From an uncultured Gammaproteobacteria bacterium (GTDB lineage: Bacteria > Patescibacteriota > Microgenomatia > Daviesbacterales > UBA10151): a stretch of DNA of 57,328 nucleotides. Below, piece by piece: positions 8,518 through 16,390 of the stretch. Position 1 is the first letter of the stretch. Each line of letters opens with the position of its first letter. Below the pieces are notes generated by a model that did not search any database, was not told where the DNA came from, and worked only from the letters and a program-made list of their open reading frames with translations. The stretch covers positions 1 through 57,328 of the forward strand of contig CAZWTE010000001.1 of the NCBI GenBank assembly GCA_964637465.1, in the 5' to 3' direction. A program made the translations under genes and the position numbers.

Positions 8518-11500
8518 TGAGAAAGTTATTGTTTTTAGTGTTTTTTTTATTTTCGCTAATTTTAGTACCCCGGACTCTTGCTCAAAATAATTCTTTCATT
8601 TCAGTAGTAAATCCAGTTAGAGGGAATGATTTTTGGGACTTAAAGGATCAAAAGCCTGAAACTGCGGTAATTGGTCAAAGTGAAATATTAAATAAATTTG
8701 GTTTATCTGCCACCTGGTTAATCAGATTTGATGCGCTGGAAGATAAAAAAATTATTGAAGCAATGAAGGATAGATTATCTGATGAAAAGGGATTGTTTTT
8801 AGAAGTCACACCAGCTTGGACAACTCAAGCAAATGTTGAATATCACCAATCTGGTAGCTGGCATGCGGCAGGCAGCGCATTTCTAACCGGGTACGAAAGA
8901 GATGAACGGGAAAAATTGATAGATACAGCTTTTATTAAATTTAAAAGTATATTTGGCTATTTTCCTTCTTCAGCGGGAGCCTGGTGGATTGATGGTTATT
9001 CCCTAGGTTATATGCAAAAAAAGTATGGTCTATCTGCAGCTTTGATTGTTTCTGACCAATATTCTACAGATAATTACCAAATTTGGGGACAATACTTTTC
9101 AACCCCGTACTACCCGTCTAAAAAAAATGCACTTCACCCAGCTCAAAGTCTGGAAAATAAACTGGATGTAGTCATAATGCAGTGGGCACCAAGGGATCCG
9201 GTTAACAGTTATGGAAACGGAGTAATGGAAAGCACGTTCTCCGTACAGGCAAATGATTATATTGATTATCATAATCTCGATACAAAATATTTTTCAACAC
9301 TTATTGATGTTTATATAAAACAAAAATTTAATAAATTCTCGCAACTGGTAGTTGGTCTGGAAAATTCTTACAAGTGGAGTAAATATTCTGATGAATATCA
9401 AAAGCAGATAAAGGTTTTATCTAAAAAAAGAAATTCCGGTGAACTTGCAATTATTTCTTTAAAAGATTTTGCTGGTTGGTATAAATCAAGTTTCCCCAAG
9501 CTTTCTCCGGAACAGCTGATTATTGCCGACGACCCGTTAGGAGGAGTTAAAAAAAGTATCTGGTATATGAACCCTTATTACAGAGCGGGTTGGTTTTATA
9601 ACTTAGATGGTTCGGTATTAAGGGATATCAGACAGTATATTGACGGTGAAGAGGAGCTTTGTTCTAAGAGCAGGTGCGACAGTGTTAATTTTGCAACTTC
9701 AGCCACCAGGGTTTTAGATGAGGTAAGTTTCGGCCATAAGTGGATAATTGACCAGGGGAAAATCAGTGATCTTGAAGCGGAAAGAAAGGATGAAGAATTT
9801 ATACTTAGTTACAAAAATGAAGCAGGGAACTTAAGGAAAATAGGATTTTTGCCACGGGATATCAGTATCGACGGAAAAATCTTTTCCATTGACGGAGCAA
9901 TACTTAATGTCACTAAAAAGGAGGATATATTAGTATACAATACTGCCGTATCGGAGAGTTTCCTAAATTGGTCGTTTGTTTCTGTGACGCTGAAGATTTG
10001 TCAGTTTGTTATATTTTTAATATTTGCAATTATTTTACCCGGATTTGTATTAACCAACAAAGTTTTTAATAAGGATACGTCTGTTTTACTAAGGTTGTTT
10101 GTGTCCGCAACAGCAGGATTAGTGGTACTTACCCTGCTTTTTTATATAAGCAGCTTGTTTCATATCAAGCCGGTTATTTTTGTTTACTTCCTGATAAATT
10201 TTATTATCTTTTTCCGTTTCAAATTTTATGACCATCTGGTTAATCTGCCGGCAATAAAAAGCCCTTCTAATTTAATTCCCGTTTTGTTAATTTTAATGGG
10301 GACTGCTTTCCAAGCAATTCCGACATTTAAAAGCGGATTGAACTTTAGTTATGGTTTAGGTTTTTGGGGGCCCAATACTCATGACGGGATCTGGCATATA
10401 GCGCTGGTAAATCAATTGATTAAGTCGGTGCCGCCCGAAAACCCGATTTATTCCGCAGTAGTATTAAAAAATTACCACTTCTTTTATGATCTATTTATTG
10501 CGGCTACAAATTATTTTTCAAAAATTCCGGTTGGCGATTTAATATTTAGGTTTTACCCAATCCTGTTTTCTCTGATGCTTGGAATAGGCTCTTATTATTT
10601 AGTAATAAGGCTTTTTAATAATAAGACTGCTTCATTATTTAGCCTTTATTTAGTCTATTTTGCCGGCAGTTTTGGCTGGATAGTGGAGTTTTTACGGGAA
10701 AGGCATTTTGGGGGAGAATCTGCTTTTTGGGCTAACCAGTCAGTTTCATTTAATTTAAATCCACCCTTTGCAGTGTCTTTGGTAATTATAGTTGCATTAA
10801 TACATATCATTTTTTCCCGACCGGGAAATTTTGTTTTAACGGTAATTTTAGCGGGCAGTCTGATAGGTTTTAAATCTTACGGCGCGGTTTTATTTTTAAT
10901 ATCAATACTGCTTATAGGAATAATAAAGAGACAGATTCCTTATGTGTTTATTTTTATCGGAGCTGCAATAATTTCCGCCGGAATATTTTTGCCTAATTTT
11001 GACACAAGCTCAAGCCTTTTGATTTTAGCCCCATTTTGGTTTATTCACGCAATGATTGATTCTCCGGACCGGGTCGGGTGGACCAGGATTACCTTAATGA
11101 GGGAAGCAGGTTTTATTACAAGTAATTGGCTTAAAATATCGGTGGCAGAGATTTTGAGCTTATTATTATTTATCGCCGGCAATTTAGGCCTAAGAGTGAT
11201 TAGTCTGCTATCGCTTATTAAAATAAAAGGGATAATTAAAGACGAAAAACTTTTATTTATTTTTATATTTGCTTTTCTTTCATTTCTGATCCCTATCTTA
11301 TTTATCCAGTCGGGGAATCCTTGGAATACCATCCAATTTTCTTACTATGGTCTTTATATGGCTGCTATAATAAGCGGAGAGGTTCTTGTTTTAATAATTA
11401 TCAGATTACCAAAGTATGCGGCGGTTTTGATAGTACCGATGGTAATTATCCTGGCGCCAATTAATTCGGCCGTAACAGCCATCGGGTATTTAGGTCAAAA

Positions 11501-11918
11501 GCCGCATGCTTTTGTGCCTTCAAAAGAACTGGAAGCATTACAGTTTTTATCAAATCAGCCGGATGGAGCAGTATTAACTTATCCATACAATAGTAAATTA
11601 AAACAGAAGATTTCTGAACCATGGCCGATATTGGCATATGACAGTACGGCTTATGTTGCTGCTTTATCTAAAAAAAGCGTCTACCTGGAAGATGAGCCAC
11701 AAAATCTGATTTTGCTGACAGATTATAAAAAAAGGGTTGTTGCCTCAAAGGATTTTTTCTTAAAACCAATTACGGAAAGTACAAAATTTTTACAGGATAA
11801 CAAGATAAAATACATTTATCTGCCGAAGATACATAATGTCCGATTGGATGAAAGTGCTGCAAGTATTAAAAATATTTTTGAAAACGAAAAAGTTGTTATT
11901 TATGAGGCAAATATTTAA
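8517..11918 (+). CDS. Large fusion protein: a secreted domain of about 480 aa of unknown function joined to a polytopic module of an unnamed GT-C-like family (HDGxWH...NYHFF motif)
   Basis: 1133 aa with signal peptide MRKLLFLVFFLFSLILVPRTLA|QN. A hydrophilic N-domain is followed by many TM helices carrying GFWGPNTHDGIWHIALVNQL...ENPIYSAVVLKNYHFFYDLF. The C-terminal soluble part (ELEALQFL...NKIKYIYLP) is shared with 14396..16390. It has a TAATG junction with the flippase gene. Confidence 0.7.
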   Translation: MRKLLFLVFFLFSLILVPRTLAQNNSFISVVNPVRGNDFWDLKDQKPETAVIGQSEILNKFGLSATWLIRFDALEDKKIIEAMKDRLSDEKGLFLEVTPAWTTQANVEYHQSGSWHAAGSAFLTGYERDEREKLIDTAFIKFKSIFGYFPSSAGAWWIDGYSLGYMQKKYGLSAALIVSDQYSTDNYQIWGQYFSTPYYPSKKNALHPAQSLENKLDVVIMQWAPRDPVNSYGNGVMESTFSVQANDYIDYHNLDTKYFSTLIDVYIKQKFNKFSQLVVGLENSYKWSKYSDEYQKQIKVLSKKRNSGELAIISLKDFAGWYKSSFPKLSPEQLIIADDPLGGVKKSIWYMNPYYRAGWFYNLDGSVLRDIRQYIDGEEELCSKSRCDSVNFATSATRVLDEVSFGHKWIIDQGKISDLEAERKDEEFILSYKNEAGNLRKIGFLPRDISIDGKIFSIDGAILNVTKKEDILVYNTAVSESFLNWSFVSVTLKICQFVIFLIFAIILPGFVLTNKVFNKDTSVLLRLFVSATAGLVVLTLLFYISSLFHIKPVIFVYFLINFIIFFRFKFYDHLVNLPAIKSPSNLIPVLLILMGTAFQAIPTFKSGLNFSYGLGFWGPNTHDGIWHIALVNQLIKSVPPENPIYSAVVLKNYHFFYDLFIAATNYFSKIPVGDLIFRFYPILFSLMLGIGSYYLVIRLFNNKTASLFSLYLVYFAGSFGWIVEFLRERHFGGESAFWANQSVSFNLNPPFAVSLVIIVALIHIIFSRPGNFVLTVILAGSLIGFKSYGAVLFLISILLIGIIKRQIPYVFIFIGAAIISAGIFLPNFDTSSSLLILAPFWFIHAMIDSPDRVGWTRITLMREAGFITSNWLKISVAEILSLLLFIAGNLGLRVISLLSLIKIKGIIKDEKLLFIFIFAFLSFLIPILFIQSGNPWNTIQFSYYGLYMAAIISGEVLVLIIIRLPKYAAVLIVPMVIILAPINSAVTAIGYLGQKPHAFVPSKELEALQFLSNQPDGAVLTYPYNSKLKQKISEPWPILAYDSTAYVAALSKKSVYLEDEPQNLILLTDYKKRVVASKDFFLKPITESTKFLQDNKIKYIYLPKIHNVRLDESAASIKNIFENEKVVIYEANI

Positions 11919-12846
11919 AAATCACATTTTTATTGCCATTTTAGCTTATCTTTTTATTGTCGGACTGGCTACGGTTCCTGTTTATGGTTTCTTACAAAAG
12001 ATTAAGCTGGCGAATCAGGCAAATCAAGAGCGTTTCTCGGTTTATCAAAATCTTAAGATTACAGAGAAACAGTTTACAGGAAACTTACAGAAAGTGACTT
12101 GTGAAGGCAATTTATTTTTCCAGGCAGGAGTTCCAATAACCGCAATCCATATTAACAAAGATAATCTTTATCTTTCCCAAGCAGATAATCAGCTGGCGGT
12201 TATTGATTTGATTGCCCCTGATTATCCTGCAAAATTCCCGGTGCCTGTTTTAACTGATATTTATTCCGATACCAGTGATGTTTATGGTACAGATTTCTTT
12301 GGTGACAGAGTCGTCAGGCTTGTTATCGGAAAAGAAGAAGTTGTCGTCGAAAAAGTTTATCCCAAGATTGGCCGGGCTTCAGCTTTAACCAGGGATTCTA
12401 AAGGTTATTATTATGTTTCCGGTTACTCCTCAGGGAATATCACTAAAATAATTGGAAGGGATGGTTTCCTTTTCCTTTCGGATTTGGATAAAATTGTTGA
12501 CCTGGAAGCGAGCGGATCCGGTCGTTTACTAGCGGCGCGCTACGGCACCCAGCCGGCACTTATCAGTATAGATTTAAATGAAAAGAAGCAGACAATTATC
12601 GAAAATGATAAAAGTATTTCATCGCTTTCTTTTGACGGAGATTCCTTCTGGGTAGCATATGAATATAATGGTCAGTCTCAGATCGGAAAAGTGATAGACG
12701 AAAGATTGGCCGGCATTCAGCCTTTGAATTGCCCCTTTCCTTTAAAAATTGCCGTAGGGCAAGATAGATTTTTCTATACCTCTCTTAATGATAGCGAAGG
12801 GAAGGTTTATTGGATTAATAAAAATCTCCAAAAAAACGGCAAATAA
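11902..12846 (+). CDS. Membrane-anchored hypothetical protein, beta-propeller-like repeats
   Basis: The ORF-track start at 11836 lies deep inside the upstream gene. ATG 11902 gives MRQIFKNHIFIAILAYLFIVGLATVPVYGF, an N-terminal TM anchor. The remainder is hydrophilic with repeated strand-like segments (LYLSQADNQLAVIDL, YYYVSGYSSGNITKI, FWVAYEYNGQSQIGKV, FFYTSLNDSEGKVYWI). Confidence 0.5.
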   Translation: MRQIFKNHIFIAILAYLFIVGLATVPVYGFLQKIKLANQANQERFSVYQNLKITEKQFTGNLQKVTCEGNLFFQAGVPITAIHINKDNLYLSQADNQLAVIDLIAPDYPAKFPVPVLTDIYSDTSDVYGTDFFGDRVVRLVIGKEEVVVEKVYPKIGRASALTRDSKGYYYVSGYSSGNITKIIGRDGFLFLSDLDKIVDLEASGSGRLLAARYGTQPALISIDLNEKKQTIIENDKSISSLSFDGDSFWVAYEYNGQSQIGKVIDERLAGIQPLNCPFPLKIAVGQDRFFYTSLNDSEGKVYWINKNLQKNGK

Positions 12847-14246
12847 GCACCGCTTAAAAATGTTCCCGGTCCATAAGGATATGATTTAGATTCGCTTGCT
12901 ATTGGAAAAGCAGAATAGATTATTTGGCTATTGAGGAAAAAACCCGCGATAATTACTCCCACCAGAACTATCTTGGTTAGTTTTTGGAAAACAGGTTTTT
13001 TAAAGAGAAAATAAAAAACTGCCGGAGAAACTAATAAGCTAATCAGCAGACGAAATTTCATTGGTTCTATTTGAGGTTTAAATTCGTTTGATAGAAAAGA
13101 GCGGCCGGAAAGAAGAAGACCGATAACTAAGATAGAAGTTATGAGATTCGGCTGCCGGATAATTTCAATGAGCAATAAAGCGGCAGAGATAGCTAGAAAA
13201 GGGAAAAAGGGAAAATGATACCAAAGCAGAATGTCAGTCTGGCCGCCGGAAAAAACTACCACTATTGCCCAAAAAATAAAAGCCAGGGAAATTAGTTGGA
13301 TGTGTTTGTCTGCAAACTTTGTAATTGACAAATAAACTGCAGCAAATAAGGAGAAAATATACCAGCCATCATAAAAAAAGTCGATACTGTAACCCGGGCT
13401 GCTGAGAAGAAAAGGCAGGCCTAAAAAGCCGACCGGTCTGCTGCTTTGCTGCAAATTTATTTGGCTAAATAAATTCCAGTCCACAGCTGCTCCGTAAGCT
13501 AAAAGCACTCCTACGAACCAGCTGACACCCAAAAAAACAAAAGCAGCTTCTTTCCACAGCTTATTTTTAGCCAGTAGAAAAATAATAAAGAAGACAATCA
13601 AAAATCCGGTTTGCTTCATCAGTCCGGCTAAGCCAATAGCAATCGGCAGGAATAATAAGAGGTACCATTTTTGCTTTTTAAGATAAAGAACGGTCAAATA
13701 TATGGCTAATATGTAAAAAAAGGTAATGCCATTTTCTGCCACAGAAAGACGTTGACCGAAAACAAAAAGCGGTGCTAGGGAGTAAATAGTTATGGCCAGC
13801 ATCCCCGTCCAAAAACCGAAAAGTTTTTTAGTCAGCAAAAAGAGAATTATGGTAGTTGCAAAGGCAAAGAACAAGGCAGGCAGACGGATATAGGAGGCAG
13901 GTAAAATTGACCATTGACTGGCTCCGTAAAGATGAGCTATGCCGCCTGATAGAAGACCATAAAGGGGCGGCAAATCAAGCCAAGGAGAGAGGATGTCAAC
14001 GTTTAATTCTATATCAAAACCGACTATTTTACCGCTAAAGACATTATCCTGAACCGGAAATTTACCTGCCGGAGACCAGGTTTTAGGAACACCGGATTCG
14101 ATTAAGTGAATTCCCATCCAAGAGTAAGCGTATTCCTCAAGATGACCCATTAAGGGATAGCGGTCATAGTTGACGCTTTTCAGGGTAAAGAAAAAAGCAA
14201 AAGCAACCAGAACCAGCAGGCATTTGCCCCATTGTAACTTATTCAA
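12807..14246 (-). CDS. GT-C-fold membrane glycosyltransferase, PMT_2/GT39-like
   Basis: 479 aa with a TTG start preceded by GAGGAA. The protein is polytopic, with a first-loop acidic motif GHLEEYAYSWMGIHL and then PPLYGLLSG...IRLPALFFAF, as in GT39-type proteins. Its 3' end overlaps the convergent gene by 40 nt. Confidence 0.65.
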   Translation of the reverse strand: MNKLQWGKCLLVLVAFAFFFTLKSVNYDRYPLMGHLEEYAYSWMGIHLIESGVPKTWSPAGKFPVQDNVFSGKIVGFDIELNVDILSPWLDLPPLYGLLSGGIAHLYGASQWSILPASYIRLPALFFAFATTIILFLLTKKLFGFWTGMLAITIYSLAPLFVFGQRLSVAENGITFFYILAIYLTVLYLKKQKWYLLLFLPIAIGLAGLMKQTGFLIVFFIIFLLAKNKLWKEAAFVFLGVSWFVGVLLAYGAAVDWNLFSQINLQQSSRPVGFLGLPFLLSSPGYSIDFFYDGWYIFSLFAAVYLSITKFADKHIQLISLAFIFWAIVVVFSGGQTDILLWYHFPFFPFLAISAALLLIEIIRQPNLITSILVIGLLLSGRSFLSNEFKPQIEPMKFRLLISLLVSPAVFYFLFKKPVFQKLTKIVLVGVIIAGFFLNSQIIYSAFPIASESKSYPYGPGTFLSGAYLPFFWRFLLIQ

Positions 14247-14268
14247 ATCTATTTTTCCTCACATTTAA

Positions 14269-14274
14269 ATTATA
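14269..14274 (-). promoter_or_regulatory. Candidate -10 (TATAAT on minus strand) for the 12807..14246 gene
   Basis: The reverse complement of attata is TATAAT. It lies 22 nt upstream of the TTG start at 14246, with a GAGGAA Shine-Dalgarno (complement of 14255-14260) in between. Confidence 0.3.
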
Positions 14275-14395
14275 CATAGTTTTAATGATATAGAGTATTT
14301 TGGTTTAACGGTGCATTTTTTATAGAGGTTTAATGTGAGTGTAACTGAGGTAGATTTTTGGGGTGTTTGTGTAGTAAGCTTAAGACATCCGGATT

Positions 14396-16390
14396 ATGGT
14401 TACCGCTATTTTTCTGCAGGTTATTTTGGGGATAGGTTTTTTAATTTTAACCCTGCTTTGTTTAGTATTGCCCGGTTTTGTTGTTTTGCGGAAATTTATA
14501 CCTGATTTGGATGATCTGGAAAAGTTTACGGTAGCGTCCGTCTTTGGTCTGGTTATATTTACTTTACTAGCTTACTTCTTGGCGGCGGTTCATCTGCGGT
14601 TTTTGATGTGGGGTTTTCCTGTGCTGGGTATATGGTCGTTATACAAATTCAGAGGGGAGATATTATCATACAGGCCAAAAATTACTCATAAGATATTTTT
14701 CCTTTCAGTTTTTATTATAGGAATAATCGGCATGGTGGCAGTTAATGCTCCTTCCGGGTTTCCATACAGGGACGGAATTTATTTTTGGAGCTCTCATGGA
14801 CATGATGGGGTTTGGCATCTGGCTTTAATGGAAAGCATGAAAACAGAGGTATTCCCTTTCCAAAATCCTGAACTTTCCGGCCACAGGTTACAAAATTATC
14901 ATTTTTTTGTGGATCTTTTAATGTCGGAATTTGGCAGAATATTCAGTTTTTCTTTTTTGGATATTTACTTTAGATTTATGCCGGTTGTATTTGCAATTTT
15001 ATTGGGGTTGGCAAGCTTTATATTTGTCAGGGCCTGGAGGAGGTCAGAAACAGCCGGAATTTGGGCAATGTTTTTTACTTATTTTGCCGGCAGTTTTGGT
15101 TATTTGCTGTATGTCCCGACCCACAAGAGTTTGGGAGGGGAGTCGATATTTTGGGTATCTCAAACACAATCCGTTTTAGGGAATCCTCCCCATGCTGCCG
15201 CATTTATAATTGTTACAGTGTTTTTATTTAGCCTTTTGAAGTATTTAACAAACAGAAAATTTATATATTTTTTTCTTTGCGCAATTTTGGGCGGCTTGGT
15301 GATCGAGTTTAAAGTTTACGCAGGAGTTTTAGTTTTGGGAGGACTGCTATTAATAGCGATTTATGAATTACTGACTAAAAAAATATTTAAAACTCTGCTG
15401 TTATTTTTAGCGACATTTGTTACCGCCCTGGTTATTTATCTTCCCAGCAGCCAAAACTCTCAAGATTTTTTACTTTGGCAACCCTGGTGGTTTATCAGGA
15501 CAATGGTGGTAGCGCCTGACAGATTAAACTGGATGGATCTGGAGCTTAGGAGGCAAACGTATATTGATGATGAGAATTGGAAAAGGGTTATACAAGTGGA
15601 GGTGACCGCATTTTTAATCTTTCTTTTCGGGAATTTGGGGATGAGATTCTTGGGGTTTTGGACTTTTGCCAGGAAGGTCAAACAAAACATTTTTAAAAAT
15701 ACTTTTGACGTCTTTTTTCTAAGTATTACCATTGCTGCATTTTTTATTCCGGTATTTTTTCTGCAGAAGGGAGTTGCTTGGAATACTATCCAATTTAACC
15801 AGTATTTTTTACTGCTGTTTGGTTTTCTGGCGGCAATCTCCGTAACAGATTTGTCATCCCTGGTAAAGAATACTGTTTTAAAATGGTTAATTGTAGCAAC
15901 GGTAATTATGCTATCCATACTAACCCAGTTAGGTCTGCTTTGGCAATTTTATTCTAATCCTCCATTGTCGAAAGTGTCTAATGAAGAGCTGGCAGCCTTA
16001 AGCTTTTTAAAAGAGCAGGAGTTAAAGGATGCGGTTATTCTAACAGCCCCTTTTAATAAATATGAACGAGATAAATATAATTATCCGCCTGTACCAATAT
16101 ATGCCTGGTATGATACAGGTTACGTTCCCGCATTTTCTGGTAAAAAAGCTTTATTGTCAGACGAAGAGCAGGTTAATATCATGGGGTATGATGTAAATAA
16201 ATTAGTGCGGGACAGAGTTGAAGCATTTGAAAGCATAAACTCTCAAAAGATGAATGACTTCCTGAAAAATTATAATATTGACTACATATACCTGGTTTGG
16301 GATCAGAAAATTGCTACCGGCAGCAGTTATCTTAATGCTGATTTAGTCTTTGAGAACAAAGACGCGAAAGTTTTTAAAGTCAGGAGATGA
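14396..16390 (+). CDS. Polytopic membrane protein of the unnamed HDGxWH...NYHFF family (predicted GT-C-like)
   Basis: 664 aa. FWSSHGHDGVWHLALMESM...FQNPELSGHRLQNYHFFVDLL aligns with 8517..11918. The shared C-terminal soluble region is ELAALSFL...YNIDYIYLV. Confidence 0.65.
   Translation: MVTAIFLQVILGIGFLILTLLCLVLPGFVVLRKFIPDLDDLEKFTVASVFGLVIFTLLAYFLAAVHLRFLMWGFPVLGIWSLYKFRGEILSYRPKITHKIFFLSVFIIGIIGMVAVNAPSGFPYRDGIYFWSSHGHDGVWHLALMESMKTEVFPFQNPELSGHRLQNYHFFVDLLMSEFGRIFSFSFLDIYFRFMPVVFAILLGLASFIFVRAWRRSETAGIWAMFFTYFAGSFGYLLYVPTHKSLGGESIFWVSQTQSVLGNPPHAAAFIIVTVFLFSLLKYLTNRKFIYFFLCAILGGLVIEFKVYAGVLVLGGLLLIAIYELLTKKIFKTLLLFLATFVTALVIYLPSSQNSQDFLLWQPWWFIRTMVVAPDRLNWMDLELRRQTYIDDENWKRVIQVEVTAFLIFLFGNLGMRFLGFWTFARKVKQNIFKNTFDVFFLSITIAAFFIPVFFLQKGVAWNTIQFNQYFLLLFGFLAAISVTDLSSLVKNTVLKWLIVATVIMLSILTQLGLLWQFYSNPPLSKVSNEELAALSFLKEQELKDAVILTAPFNKYERDKYNYPPVPIYAWYDTGYVPAFSGKKALLSDEEQVNIMGYDVNKLVRDRVEAFESINSQKMNDFLKNYNIDYIYLVWDQKIATGSSYLNADLVFENKDAKVFKVRR

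Noticed and set aside
11836-11901. The upstream extension of the 11836..12846 ORF, considered as the true start
   Set aside because: It would overlap the preceding gene by 83 nt and encode non-hydrophobic filler. ATG 11902 yields a clean N-terminal TM anchor with a 17-nt overlap, typical for this operon.
15460-15918. 152-aa antisense ORF inside 14396..16390. The same applies to similar nested or antisense track ORFs: 1743-1946, 3248-3493, 7875-8246, 11045-11332, 13856-14038, 14931-15179, 17253-17447, 18790-19095, 19894-20247, 21489-21865, 22822-23272, 23832-24089, 25081-25296, 27055-27345, 28448-28672, 30635-30847, 31652-31843, 32431-32661, 36935-37126, 37462-37656, 37808-38056, 39575-39880, 41776-42066, 42223-42543, 44424-44711, 45294-45491, 46154-46471, 47069-47263, 51099-51314, 54446-54877 and 56011-56238.
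   Set aside because: All are fully embedded in, or antisense to, long ORFs that carry recognisable family motifs. Their translations are low-complexity or basic with no recognisable motifs. They are the kind of spurious ORFs expected in AT-rich DNA.
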